A stretch of DNA of 63,974 bases, filler included, from Octopus bimaculoides (lineage: Eukaryota): assembly GCF_001194135.2 (NCBI RefSeq). It is 10 parts of 10 records of this genome, joined end to end, with 100 filler letters (N's around TTAATTAATTAA, not from the genome) between each part and the next. Parts side by side here need not be neighbours in the genome. Positions count along the whole stretch, not along the records: positions 14,472 to 43,864 come from NC_068986.1; 9 more parts are not named here. One strand, given 5' to 3'. The stretch's first letter is position 1. Every line of letters starts with the position of its first letter. The notes below the pieces were generated by a model. The model was not told the origin of the DNA. It saw only the letters and a list, made by a program, of their open reading frames with translations, and did no database searches. A program made the position numbers and the translations under genes. Shown here piece after piece: positions 24,556-38,630 of the stretch.

Positions 24556-26699
24556 ATATAAATGTGTAAGCATGCTTCCCAACCACATGGTTCTGGGTTC
24601 AGTCCTGCATGGCACCTCAGGAGAGTCACAAGACAGATTAGTTATTTTGACAATTTTCTGTGCATGTCGCAACCTTCACTCCCTTTTCCATACATCTGTG
24701 AAAAAAGATACCAGCTCAAATCATCCACTATTTTCACTTGACAACAACATTAAAACCCTGAACTGTAGAAATATATAGTGAAGGACAAACTGTTGATATG
24801 TCTCCCTTACTTCCATTTCCACTCCTATATTTCAGTGTGCATTGTATTGGCTTTTGAACAATTTTAGTCTTAACTTGAAAATACCACACAATGCTTCACT
24901 CAAACTAATTATACTAATATGTAAATATATATATATATCATATCTTTTGCTTGTTTCAGTCATTGGACTGTAGTCATGTCAGGGCACTGCCTTGAAGTGT
25001 TTAGTTAAATAAATTACCCTCAGTACTTATTGTTAAGTCTGGTACATTTTCTGTCAGTCTCTTTTACTGAATGCTAAGTTACAGTCATAAACAAACCAGT
25101 TGTCAAGCTCTTGTTGGAGGAGACAAACGTGTGTGTATGTGTGTGTATAACAGGCTTCCAAACAGTCTTCTGTCTCCCAAATTCACTCACAAAGCATTGG
25201 TTGGCCCAGGGCTATAGTAGAAGACACCTGTCCAAGGTGCTGTCAATAGGACTGAACCCAAAACTACATGGTTGCAAAGCAAGCTTCTTAACTACACAGC
25301 CATATATAAGTATATAATGTGACTTGCTTGAAGCATGGCAATATGTATAAATGAAATGTTTTTAAATGCTTTGAGTACTGCAGGTGTAGAATTAATCAAA
25401 ACATGTAAGGTGACGTCAATGTATGAAAACAGATGATGATATAGTGTTATCTTGCATAGGTTGTTTAATGTTCCTATAATATTTCAGGAAAACTCCACCC
25501 TTTTTGAGTTTTTTTTTTTAACGTATAACATCCACTGCAGCCTCTGGCTTTTCAGCAATATACATCCATAATGTATGTCATAGAGATAAATATGTTTACT
25601 GTTTTTCTGACATAGTAATTTGCTATCTCATTTAATTTCTCTATTGCCCATGACATTCCATCATCTCGTGGTCTGTAAAGTAAATACTTGTTGAGTCTGG
25701 AAATAGAATGTCATTTTAAGTGACTATGCACATACCTCCAAAATATGTGACCTTGTGCCTAGTTGATAGCAGAAAAGGTAGAATGCTTCAGATATTTAAT
25801 GAAATACTGTCCCTGTCTATTCTATGTCTTGTGTTCATTAACCCTTTCGTTACTAACCTGGTTGAAACTGGCACTGGCTCTGAGTACAAATGTCTTGTTT
25901 TCATAAGTTTTGAATAAAAATCTTCTACCAAACCTTAGTCACAATTTATGTTCCTAACACTAGCTGAATGACAACTAAATTATTTTATTAAATTCTTTGT
26001 TATATTTAAAATAATTGAAAGAAACAGAACATCTCAAAATAAATACGGTAACGAAAGGGTTAAAGCCTTGAAAGTCAAAAATTGACAGGAGTAGTTTTTA
26101 AGCATGCATCAAACAATGGTGAAATAAAGTAGTATAATGTAGTTTTGCTCCAGCTCTCTGCTGTCTTGGTTGTCCATTTCTCTACTGCTATCATCATTAT
26201 TTACTTTTTCCTTGTAAATGAATAATTAATGAATGTTTTGTTTGCTTATTGTATTAAACTCAAAACCACCTATAGTTTGGCAGGAACTGGAGGTAGCAAA
26301 GATGTTGTCCTAAGCATTAGATTGCCATGAAATATGTTACCGTATCTGAATTAGTGCTTTAAGTTTCAGTTTGCAACTTTACATTTGGTTTTTCTTGAGA
26401 GGAGATAATGCAAGTATTTTTCTTTTATGTAGAGAAAAATTAAACAAAGTTACAGTGATGCTTTCCATAGCATAAGGACTCATTAGACTATAATAACAAA
26501 AAAATGTGATTAGCAGTAATTGATATAAAACAGAATCTTGGAAAACTGGTGGTAGTCTGTATTAGCAAGACTTGTATTACTTGGGGAAAGCAACAGAAAG
26601 AGTACAGTGAAATTTCTATTGTTTTTGGGCAGTCTTTCTCCAAGCTTTAAGATGACAGGAAGCAAGAAAAAGGGAAGACAACAGAGTTTTTACAGCTTC

Positions 26700-27250
26700 T
26701 ATGTTTGAGCAACTGGCTGCAATTGATGTGGTGGTGGTGGGGAACAAAACAATGAGAGTTTGTATATGTAGACAGGAAGTAATAGGAGACAGAAACTGAG
26801 AGAGGAGATGGTAAAAGAAATGAAAAGAGGAAGAGAAGTAGGTGAAAGTGAGGTATAGGAAGAAATTGAGGCAGGTAGGGAGCTGAAAGATAAAAATGGG
26901 ATTGGAAAAATATTCATTTAAATTTGTCAGTACTCGTCCCAAGTTTGAATATGGAACATTGTTCCCTCTGTTTCTTGAATCCATGATGTGCTGAGATGCC
27001 GGACACTGATAAATGTGTGATGGAATGTCTTGTGGTGTTAAAGTGGATGGTGACCTAACTGGAATTGCCAACTTAAGAAAAGGTCAACTTTGCTTGTATC
27101 TATTGTGACCCAAAGTAGAAAACTCTTTATTTTCAATACCAGTCGATACCATACAATAGGATCTTATGTTTAAAGAGTTTTGTTGGAAATTGTCACTGAG
27201 ATTAAGAATTGGTCATCCCTTCACTACCATTACCACTTCATCCTACATTA
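26700..27250 (-). mobile_element. Second decayed Penelope-like element (GIY-YIG C-terminus and purine/pyrimidine tail), antisense in TXNDC17 intron 1
   Basis: Minus strand HFNTTRHSITHLSVSGISAHHGFKKQREQCSIFKLGT at about 26920-27040. Confidence 0.75.
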
Positions 27251-27349
27251 GACAAATAACTTTTCTTTTCTGTACTTTGTTACCCCATGCCACTGTTTCT
27301 CATCCTCATATATATGCATTATATATATATATATATATATATATATCAT

Positions 27350-27421
<72 letters not shown>

Positions 27422-27904
27422 TTGTTCAACCCTAGATCAGCTCTGATTGAGCAGACCTATCACCAAATAAATGTATTACAGCCATAACTATCTTGTCCTT
27501 TTTTTAGGCTAGTATATCTACAATTACATCATTATGTAATATATCTTTCTTTCTCTTAAGATAGTAGGGTGTGATATGAGGGATGTTTGGTTGCTATTTT
27601 TAGCTTATTACATAGAGGTTCCTTTGTTGGTTTGATAATCATATATTGAATACAGTGGTAGACATCTCATACTCACCATTCTTATTGGGTTGTGAATGAC
27701 AGATTTGGTTTTTGTAGCTAGTGAAGGGAAAGAAAACACAGAAACACATGTTCAACAATCTAATGATATCATTCACATGCCAAGATGTGTTTTCACATAT
27801 GTACAGGAGGAGAATTTTCTCTCATGACTAGTTCTGCAGTAGGTTTTCTCATGTCCAAATACATTTGAACATGTAAAGTATGATTTTACACAAATATAGT
27901 TATA

Positions 27905-28285
27905 TAGGCACAGGTGTAGCTATATGGTAAGAAGTTTGTTCTTCACCACATGGCTCTAGGTTCAGTCCCACTACATGACACCTTTGACAAATGTCTTCTA
28001 CTATACCCTTAAAGCAACCAAGGCCTTGTAAGTGGATTTGGTACATGAAAACTGTAAGAAGCCCATGTTTATTTATTCATTTATATGTATGTATTTGTGT
28101 GTGTCTTTGTGCTTGATCAGTTGGTTTGTTTATGTCCCTCTAACTAGCAGTTCATCAAAAGAGACTGATAGAGTAAGTGCTCAGCTGAAAAATAAATACT
28201 GGGGTTGATTTGTTCACCTAAACCCTTCAAGGCAGTGCCCCAATGTGGCTGCAGTCCAATGACTGAAACAAGTAAAAGAGAAAAG
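27905..28285 (+). mobile_element. SINE family B copy
   Basis: Head TGGTAAGAAGTTTG...GGTTCAGTCCCACT, CORE-like segment and GCAGTCCAATGACTGAAAC tail. Confidence 0.8.
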
Positions 28286-29613
28286 TTACATAACACTATT
28301 ACGACAGGATTATTAAGGAAATTAAAATTGCAACATACTGGGTTATAAAAAGGGTTTGCTATCACTGAACTAGCTGTTTTCTGTTGACACTCAGAAAAAT
28401 ACTTTCCCTTCTCCTTCTGTCCTGACTGAAAACATTAAAGAGTAAGTCTCTACATCATTATACGAACTGCTAGAAATAACAGCCTAACCTTTCAAATTAC
28501 ATGCTACTGTTTTATAAGAACACATTGATTAACTAGATACTCTACGCCAAAAAAGATAGGATGATCATGCTTGGAATGTCTTTTGCTTACAGGTCTGCTC
28601 AATTAGGGCCAACCTTGAGCTTAATCACTGCCACTGCATTTCTTTACCATTGCTGTGATCCTGCAATTATGCTAAGTTTGCATGTTAATTAAAAGTGGTG
28701 AGAAAAATTATCTAGAGGTTACCTGATTGTGTTGGCTAAAAATTGTGTTGGTGCAAGTAGATTGTGTACATTTAGATGACACAGTTGCTTACAGATTAAG
28801 TTTTTAAACAATTTGCATTGTTTAAAGATTCTAGTTGTTCTATGAGCAATCTATGAAGCACACGCACATAAACACACATCCTGTCTGCTCAGAAGGAAAT
28901 CAGCAATTATGTCAATGCGAATTTGTATTCAAAAGAAACTTGATTTTAAAATAACTCTAGAAATGGGATTATGTGGTGAGTGTTTTCTGACTGAATGTTG
29001 AATTTAAATTATGAATCCAGGCCATTTTGAATCACAAGATTTCATTTTTTATGTTGCTGTTGTTTTTTTGTTGTTACTTAGCCTCTGGTCAGCTCTGATT
29101 GAGCAAATATATGATCTAAGTCATTCCATCCATGATCATCCCATATTGTTCTGTTCTTTCAGAACCCTGTAGCATCCAGATTACTCTGTCAAGTACAGTG
29201 CTTATTTATTCACATTGTTTCTAGTTAATTATGTATTATCTCATACTTTCAAAACTTTGATGATATGATTGTTTACTTTTTGAATGAAATTGTAGGGTAG
29301 GTGTGAGAGGCTGAATCTGGCTAGTTTAGACATAAAACAGAATACTTGGGCTGGATATAGCAGGTGTTAATGCTAAAGGGTTAAAACAGTTGTGTGTTAC
29401 TTGAGTGAGATGTAGCTGCTACATTAGCAAATTGAGTGACCTCATAGAAGCTTCTATTCATTTTCATGTAAAACGAATAGGTTGAAATGTTTTAAATAAC
29501 AAACTAGAGAGAATTGAATTTTAACTCAAAACTTTTCGTGTGTTGGAGTTACCTTAAATTGCAATAAAAATATTTACACTTTTCTTCAATTTATTCTTCT
29601 ATATTTGTTACAG

Positions 29614-29695
29614 CTGATCCTGTGATAAAGCGAAACATGAAACAACTTCCAAGTGATGCTATTTTTATTCACTGTAATGTTGGTGATCGTACATT
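29614..29695 (+). CDS. TXNDC17: TXNDC17 coding exon 2
   Basis: TTACAG|CT-GAT... gives (A)DPVIKRNMKQLPSDAIFIHCNVGDRT-TT|GTAAGT. 82 nt, phase 1 to 2. Confidence 0.96.
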
Positions 29696-31540
29696 GTAAG
29701 TTAATCCATATGCTCTTATTCAATTACGTTTTAATAATTTTTATCTGAGAGATATTTATGTTGGTTTCTAATTATTAATATTACAAGGATTTATTTTGGG
29801 ATTTTTTTCTCTCTTTTCGCTAGTTCTGTATACTATTTTATTCAAGTTCATTTAATCACTAAAATGTTATAATTTCCTTTGTGTTTAATATGCATTTATC
29901 ATCATCATCATGAAGTTCAGCTTGCTCAAATTTGCATGATCCTGATCCCTATCTACCATTCCATATGATAATCCTCTCTGTACCTCCAGCATTATCTATT
30001 AACTGATCAATGTATATCAACCAATGAAATACTACCCTGCTAAGGTGTCCAAAATAGGGTGTCACTAACCAGCCCCTTCTTATTTCTCTAGCAGTGTTCA
30101 GTTAAGTGTACCTTCCCTCTCTAATGGTATCAGACTTTAGGAAGCTTGTTGCATAATCTTTCTTTGGTGGAGTGTTCTTTTCAGGACACATTCAAAAAGT
30201 AGTTCACCCAGTACACACTATGAAGTGGTTGGTGATCAAGTGGAAATAATGCAGGATTGAGAGGATCCTTTTGACTGACCAAGAACATGGCAACTTCTAT
30301 TCAGTTGGTGCCAGTGGAGTAATTCACCCAATACACTCTGTAAAGTGACTGGTGATAAATTAGAAATAATGAAAGGTTGAGAGACCCTTTAGTCTGACCA
30401 AGAACATGACAACCTCCCTTGTATTGGTGCTTTGATAAAATACTCTATAAAGTGGTTGATATTAGTAAAGGCATCCAGTCATTGAAACCTTCTGAAACTG
30501 GAACATATAAATGAGACACTTTACTCCAACCAATATAGGAGGACAGTAACTCTGTATAAAAACTGGCTTGAACCATGACAACCTATTCCAACCATGAAAA
30601 AGGACAAATGACAGTAGTGGTGGTGGTGGTGGTGGCAGTGGCAGAACAACTGTTGCTTTTATTTTAACATCTTAATAATCTTCTTGTTTGTTCACTCGTT
30701 ATACTTTAGTTAGTTAGAGAGGTGGATGTGGAATGAGTGAGAAGTAGGGTAAAAGTGAGAGAGAGGGGGGAAGAAATATGATTAGAGAAGAAAGAAGAGA
30801 GGAGTATAATAATACACTAAGGCCAAATGCTTTAGTGTATTATTAGTTGAATGGGAGAGGCAAAGAGTGAAAGTAAAAGATGGTGAGAGAAAAGTGGGAG
30901 AGAGAAATGTTAATGACATGCTGTTGGGTGGGGAAGGAAAGGTGAAGAGAAAGAGAAATGTTAAAGACATGAAGAGGTTGAATTACATGGTTAAAAAGTT
31001 TGTTGAAGAGGTAGAGAGAAAGAGAGAAATATAAAGTGTTTAGCAGAGGGAAATTTTAAAATCATATAATATATAATTATGACTGGAAATGAAATAACTT
31101 AGCAAAATAAAAATGAAAATCATCCTTTCTCTCTTATATAACTTCTCTTCATCATTCTGTGGAATTTCCACAGGTCCCGCCAATTGAATTTAATTTTTGT
31201 AGTTAGAAAATGTTATGAGATATTATCCACTGTTTCTTCCTTAATTATTCACATCTAGCATGGATACTTGACAACTTGTGAAGAGAAAGGGTTTTCTTTT
31301 TCTTTTGTCATTAAGAATCATTTTATGTAGATTGCAGTTAATTCTGGATTGTCGTTGTGTGCTTTAGGACACTCCAAACTTCAACTAGCTTCTATTCATA
31401 TTTCACTGAAATCTCAAAAAGAAATTATAGTTTTGTCTAAGATTGAAACTTTTAAGGGATTTATATGTTATTAAACTTCCACACTCACTGATTTTTTAAT
31501 ATTGTTTAATATTTCCGTTTTCCTTTTTAACCTCCACTAG

Positions 31541-31622
31541 TTGGAAAGATCAGAATAATGTCTTTAGAAAAGATTCTAAACTACGTTTAACTGCTGTTCC
31601 AACTCTATTAAAATTTGGCCAT
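31541..31622 (+). CDS. TXNDC17: TXNDC17 coding exon 3
   Basis: CACTAG|T-TGG... gives (F)WKDQNNVFRKDSKLRLTAVPTLLKFGH|GTAAGT. 82 nt, phase 2 to 0. Confidence 0.96.
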
Positions 31623-31904
31623 GTAAGTATTACCATATTTTACAAATATTTTATTTAACTTCATTAAAAGCCTATTTTAGTTATTTATAAATTTTACCAG
31701 TTTTAAAGCATTTCTAAAATTTAACCTAATTTTCATTTGCTAGTATGTAATTCTTTGATATCATATAATGTTCTGTAGATTGTTATTGGCAATATTGTAC
31801 ATTTTCAAGATAATTTAAGATGATTCAAGCTTAGATTTTCCTATGCCACTTTATAAGAGTGTGCTAAAAGGATTAGTAATTTGTTTGCTTTCTTGCTTAC
31901 AAAT

Positions 31905-32580
31905 ATTTTAGTCTTTGCTAAATTAACTCTAAGGCCCCTGAAATTTCTTCTAGGTCTATTATAGATTCAGCTATAAAAATAAGGTCATCAGCACTGAGGA
32001 GCTCCAAAGGGCAGCCAGTTTTAAATTCCTTTCTTACAACCTGGAGGACTGTGTTAAACAAGGAGGGGCTGAGAACTAAACCTTGATGAACTCCTACCCA
32101 CACATTAGATCTGTTGCTATACTCATTGCTAACTTTCACCTTACGGATAACATCCCTGTTCATGACTTGGATGGCTCTCACCAGTCACTCATCTACCCCT
32201 AGCTTCTGCATTAACCACCAGAGGAGGGAGTGGGGGACCCTGTCAAAGACTTTCTCCATGTTGACAATTACCAAGTACAGTAGTTTGTTTTTGGCTAAAT
32301 GCTTCTCATGCAGTTGCCTTACTAGGCAGATAGCATCAGTAGTGCTTCTCTCACACAAAACCGAACTGCATCTCATCTAGGTTAACATGCTCCCTAATAA
32401 ATTGAACTGTTACACTTTCTGTAACTTTTGTGACTTGGTTCAGCAAACTGATACCTCCGTAACGACCTCCATGAATTTTGTGTCCAGTGCTGATTGACCA
32501 AGTAGTCATGTTATACTGAGTGATTAAGTCATCACTCAGTTGTACACTAGTATTTAGGGGGGAAAATATGAACAAGGATT
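31905..32580 (-). mobile_element. RTE-LINE reverse transcriptase fossil, antisense in TXNDC17 intron 3
   Basis: LDEMQFGF...STTDAICLVRQLHEKHLAKNK.LYLV.VNMEKVFDRVPH...VGVHQGLVLSPSLF...LLSADDL across broken frames. Confidence 0.9.
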
Positions 32581-33195
32581 TAGTTGTAGAAGGTTGAAAT
32601 GGTTGGAGAATTCAGAAGTGTTAAAACATGAAACACAGTGAAGACAGAGAGAAATAAATCAAATAAGTTTAACTGTAACTGTTACAGTGTTAGCAGGTTT
32701 AGAGGAACAGAAGTTCTTTTAATAGTGCTATAAAAGTTAGAGAAAAGAAACAACTAATCATTGAGCCACTGGTTAGATGGCGTCAGTAAATATGCATTTG
32801 CTTATGAATCAGACAATGTTTGTGTAGTTGCAATATAGCAAGTGAGTGAAAGTAGTACAAGCAATCTCAGTTATGTGAGCAGTACTTTAGTGTGGGAAGG
32901 AGAAATAGCAGAATTTTGGAGGTAATAAGTATTATAAATAGTAGCAAATAAAGTAATTTGGGTGTGAAAGCCAAATTGAGGTGGACTAAAGGATTGAACC
33001 AAAACCATAGCATGCCTACTGATCTGTTAGAAGTAAATTTCTAGGTGCAAAAAGTTAAAATTAAGCTAATTCAAGTTTCTCCTTTTCTTTTTCCTCATTC
33101 TCATCTTTGTTACTTATTTCTACATGTATACCACTTTCTTTGTATATTTTCAAATTTCATTGAAAATATTATGATATGTTTAATTTCATTTTTAG

Positions 33196-33264
33196 CCTAA
33201 TCAACTCAAAGAGGAACAATGTATGAAAGATGACCTCATCCAAATGCTCTTTACTGAAGAATAA
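33196..33264 (+). CDS. TXNDC17: TXNDC17 coding exon 4 (terminal)
   Basis: TTTTTAG|PNQLKEEQCMKDDLIQMLFTEE*. The joined CDS is 139+82+82+69=372 nt = 123 aa plus stop. AATAAA at 33315 and 33464. Confidence 0.96.
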   Translation, partial: PNQLKEEQCMKDDLIQMLFTEE

Positions 33265-35624
33265 TTCATATTCTTTCTTCTCTAAATACTTCAAAACTAA
33301 TTCTTTGAAGAAGAAATAAAGTTCTTTGTACTTAACTTTTTCTGAAATTCTCGTTGTGCCTTAGAATGTATTGTTGTTGTCAATTGTTCATATGAATGCA
33401 TGCATTCAAATGAACTACAACTTGGAAAATGATTTTTTTTTTTTTTAACCCAGATTATTGAATAATAAAAGTTATCTTCTGTTCTTTTTACTAACAAAAG
33501 CGTTCAGAATATTTAATGCTTTAGCATTTAAATCAGCCATATCTAACTCAAATATTGTACTGGTTTTGTGTTCAAACCTGCCAGATTTGGCCTCGTACAT
33601 ACTCTACAATGTCATTCTAGAAATCAACAATTACATTCATCAAAATTTTGAAACTATGAGATAATGCCACAATCAATTCAAAACTATGTGAATAAATAAG
33701 CATTATATTTGACAGAGTAATCTGAATGCTAAAAGGGTTAAATGTCCAAAGTATTTCTTGCAATTGAAAGAAAGTTTGTCTAAACATTGTTAACTCTACA
33801 GCCATTTGTATTGTTTGTGGTTCCAACAACCAATACCTTCTCTGTGTGGGTAGTTGCAGATGCTAGCCACAGTGATGGTAACAACTCCATGTTGAAAAAG
33901 ACATATAGGTATGTTTGCCTTAAATTTTTGTAAATACAAAGACAGACTTACAAAAAGAAGAAAAACTAAAATATAACAATTTAGCAAATACTGCTCCAAG
34001 TATAAATATTGGCAGTTACAATTTGAAAGGCACCAGAAAGAGATGAAAATATCAACATAAATAATGAAAACACCAAGAACAGCAGCAGTTTATCATTTGC
34101 CAAAGTTTCATAGTAACAGATCATATTGAACATGAGACAGGTCTAAGTGAAAGTCTGGAAGAGTGTGTCACAGAAGAGAGGGATTCATTACCTGAGGAGG
34201 TATTTATTAAAAAATGGGCATGGAGAAAAGTAACATACTTCTGTTTTGCAAAAAAATGGTATGTTTCTATATGCCCTTAAGAAAGTTGTTTGAGAATATG
34301 GGGCAAGATGTCTACTGTCTTGACTGGATCAGGCCATATGAAAGTAATTGTTATTTAAAAATGAGGATGAAGTGAGAAGATAAGCAGAGCTTGTATGCCA
34401 TGTATCTGCTCATAGGATGGTGCCACAGTGCATGGAGAGAAATACAAGAAATACGTCTTGTCTAGAGACATTAATAGTAATATGGATTTTACAACACAGT
34501 TTGGGCAGATGCTATGCAGAAGCAAAGAAGTCAACGTGTGGTCAGGTGGAATAAACATGGATATTCAGATCTTAATGGCCCCATAAAGTATAAGGCTATT
34601 GCTGAGTTATAGTTGTAGGAGCAGAAAGGCCAGATTGGTAGTGTAGAGCAGAAATTTCAAGTGTTACCATGTGACTGCTTATCACCCAGAAGAGAGAAAG
34701 AAGGTGGAGAGTAATGGTAGACAGCAGTTGATGTGGCAGGAAAGAAATCCCTTGCTACTGTCAATGCCTTCACAGCACTGCCATTCACCATTCCTAAAAA
34801 AAATAGAATCACCACATCCTCAGTAGTGCAGGGGCTTATGAAGTGGGATACTGAGAAAGCAAGTAGTACCATCCTACAACACAAAGTTAGCTAGAGATTC
34901 TAAGCAGCAGTTCTGCCTCATCATGTGGTGATAAGGAGGTGATAGTGCTTAGAGTGAGGTGAGAAACCATTAGAGCTAACCACAGTGATGGTAACAATTC
35001 CATGTTGAAAAAGACATGTATATTTACCTTAAATTTTGAATAGGAAAAAACAGCCCAGGTAAGATGTTAGAAATCTCTCAGAAAGGGGCTCTTATCAACC
35101 TGAAGTTCTTCAACTTCACAGTTGACCAAAACAAATTTAATATTAGTGCTGTAAAAGTTAAAGAAAGACAAAAAGAAAAATACTGTGCAGATTAAGATAG
35201 TGGTCTAGTACACCAAACTACTAAAACCAAAGATGATAGCTAGTGAAAACCACACCAACAGTTTATTGACAGCTAAGGGTGTACTACCCAGAGGATATGG
35301 CAGACTTCATGCCTTGGTTATAAAACCAAGGATGCTTTGGGAATAAATTTTGAAGACCCAAGTTGTACTTGGGACAGAAGATGATTGGAATAGTGGGGCT
35401 ACCCTGATCTATCTCAGTGGCAGCATCTCACTCTTGTGTATGTGTGTGTGTTGACCTTGTTTGCTTAACCAAATTTTTAACCTGTTTTAATATACTTTAT
35501 TACATTTTTGCCCCACTCCTCGTTTATTATACATACATAAATACATTCAACATGTTTTGTAACCCTTTTGTCTGGCATGTTTTGTTATATACATCTAGGC
35601 ATATAACAATAAATAATTATAATA

Positions 35625-36150
35625 ATCCTTTCTACTATGGGCACAAGGCCTAAAATTTGGTGAGGAAGGGGGTTAGTCAATTACATCAACTCCAGTGCAT
35701 TATTGGTACTTGTTTCACCCCCCCCCCCCAAAGGACAAAAAAGCAAAGTCAACCTCGGCTAAATTTGAACTTAGAACATGAAGACAGACAAAATGCTACT
35801 AGGCACACCTTGAGGAAATGTCTTCTGCTACTACAGCCCTAGGCTGAGGAAAGCCATATGAGTGAATTTGGTTGAGAGAAACTGATATAAGCCCATTGTA
35901 TGTGTGTGTATGTATGCATGTATGTACTTCAGAGTGTATGTATGTTTGTATTTCCTTGTCTTGGCATCAAATAATGACGTAAATGAATGTCATTCATTTC
36001 TAATATTCTGTAAAAACATAATGAACCATGGAGAAATATTATCTTGCTTGGAAACAGGTAAGGCTTAGTGACAGTTGTAGAAAATCTGCTTTAATAAACT
36101 CCACCTGACCTATGCAAGTATGGAAAAGTTGATGTTCAAATGATAATGAT
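35625..36150. mobile_element. Adjacent SINE A (minus) and SINE B/RTE-tail (plus) copies
   Basis: Similarity to other copies in the window. Confidence 0.7.
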
Positions 36151-36534
36151 AACTGTTGTGTTTATTTTAAAACATTTTTGGTATAAATTTTCATAAAATA
36201 TAGAAATAAACGAATTTATAACACATTTTTTTGTTAAAATGAACACAAGCTTTATTTAACATTTCGAAATGAGAAGAAAAGTCAGATTCAATGAGAATAG
36301 TTTCTAACATAGCATAAGACCAGAAATTTAGGACAGCAGAACTGGCGATTATATTAAGCCTCGTACTTGGCTGATACTGTATTGCACCCAGAGGGATGAA
36401 AAGTTGAGTTGACACCAGCAGAATTTGAACTTGTAAGGTGAAAGGTTGTAACTAAATACTACAGGACACTTTGCTCTAACAATTCTACTAATCCACCACT
36501 CTTTCTATTTATTAATTATAATTATTAATATTGA

Positions 36535-36730
36535 TTTCAAATTTTGGCTCAAGGCCAGCAATTTCAGAGAAAGGGTAAGTCAAGTACATCAACCCCCAGT
36601 ATTCAACTGGTGTTTATTTTATCATGCCCGAAAGGATGAGAGGCAAACTTGAACTCAGAACATAAAGATGGATGAAATGCTGCTATGCATTTTGCCCAGC
36701 ATGCTAACAATTCTGCCAGTTCACCACCTT
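36535..36730 (-). mobile_element. SINE family A copy
   Basis: CCCGAAAGGATGAGAGGCAAAC core on the reverse strand. Confidence 0.75.
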
Positions 36731-36789
36731 AATTATCTATATTAATAAAAGAGAAATTCTGTCTGTCCGTCTGGGACCCCTGTATTTCA

Positions 36790-37195
36790 GTCTACATTTG
36801 CTCTACATAGACATATACCTTTTGGAATCAGGATGATCCCAGGATTGAAAATTTGCCCTTCATTTGGTTCTTGAACATCCAGCACAGGGATCTGATTTAA
36901 AAACATTTGGGTTGCTATCTCTTGCAAGCAAGGCTTGGCTGATTCATGCCATCTTGGTTGGCATTTGTCAGATGATGTCAGAGATCAAGGTGAAGATAAA
37001 TAACATTTGCTTCATTAATTTTACGATGAGATAAAAACTTTGGGACAAATTGGCCAACAGTTGGAATTCAATGATGTCTGATGTGTTTTTACACATGTTG
37101 TCTAGAAGGAGAATTTTCTTCTGAGAGTATTTCTGCAGTGAAAAGTCTTCCCATGTCCAAATGTACTTGAATGTGTGAAATGTGATTTTATACAA
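36790..37195 (+). mobile_element. Heavily decayed Tc1-like remnant; its 3' part is repeated at about 27775-27900
   Basis: Faint PAQ.SDL...W motif at about 36880. The segment GATGTGTTTT.ACA.ATGT...GGAGAATTTTCT...CATGTCCAAAT occurs twice. Confidence 0.35.
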
Positions 37196-38419
37196 ATAAT
37201 GTGTGTGTGTTTGCGCACACACACACACACATGCATGTGTGTAATGCATGATGAAATGTAGTGCCCTTTACCCTTTTCCAGGTCCTCTGAGACCAATTGC
37301 AGAAAGTGGGGAAGTTATCCTTAAACTGGAAACTCTAACTTAAATGACTGCAACAGAGTGAACTCTGCTAAGGGTACCCATGAACTAGGTGCTGATGTAA
37401 AATCAGACAGTAGATTAAGTGTACCACCCCAAAATATTAATCAAAAATAGAAGTGGGTTGTCAGATAGCACCTGGGGCTTGATGCCAACTTATTAATGAA
37501 AGTGAATATAGATGGAAATGAAAATCTTACTTGTATAAATATTAATGCATTTGTTGGCAACAGGTATTCTGAGAGAATCATTGAAAGCAAGGAGTTAGTT
37601 AAAGTATTGTCTTCAATGTATATATAGCTTTTAAATATTTATAAAGTTGCATAAAGGAACTACTGGAGAAGGTATATTTTAATCAAATAATAGATGCCCT
37701 ATGCAAGTTTTTTTTTATAAAGAACTGGTGAGGAGAAGTAATGCACATCACTTTTGTAGGATCTTATAAGTTAGTGAGATCAATGTGATTCATGTCTAGA
37801 AGTTTCCACACATGTAGGTCAATGTATGCAGGAAAACCATCATTGGTAGAGGGTAGTAGTTCATGGTTTGGAGGTGAGACATAGTAAGAGTGACAATACT
37901 GTTTCTGAATAATATTCAGCAATAATCTATTGGCTGAAAATGTTTATAAAACTACCCTACCAAGAATTTTGAAGCATAAAGCAAATCTTTATCATGACAA
38001 TAGTGAAGCAAGATATATTGTGGTTTTGCTTTGGGCCAATCCCAATCCAGTTGGCCTGTGATGAAAAGTATTCCGGTCATGACTTTCTTTATAGGGATAA
38101 TAAAGACTATATTATATAATATCTCCTTCTTAAGACAGTGGAGAATGAATTGAGGGAGATTTGACTGTTATTTCCAGCATGTGATCCCCACCATATATCT
38201 TATGTGTGCATTAATCTTCTTTCAAATCTGCTTCTTGTTAATTATTGAAATAAAGTAACAGCAGCTATAAACAGAATAATTGATGTCTGACTGCAACCAA
38301 ATACACTAAGACTAGATTCAAAAGTCTTAGTAATAGATCATTGTTTGATTCAGAATGACATGATGTATTATTTAATGGATACCTACATCATCATCAACAT
38401 TTAATATGTTTTCCAATAA

Positions 38420-38630
38420 GGCAGCAAGCTTGCAGAATCATTAGCATACCAGACAAAATGCTTGTTGGCGTTTTGTCCATCTTTACATTCTGAGTTCAAA
38501 TTCCGTCGAGGTCAACTTTGCCTTTCATCCTTTCAGGGTTGATAAAATAAGTACCAGTTAAACACTGGGGTTGACATAATCAACTAGCCCTCTCTCCACC
38601 AACTTGCTAGCCTTGCGCCAAAATTTGAAA
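38420..38630 (+). mobile_element. SINE family A copy; another at about 40055-40270
   Basis: Core GAGGTCAACTTTGCCTTTCATCCTTTC.GGG..GATAAAATAAGTACCAG. Confidence 0.85.
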
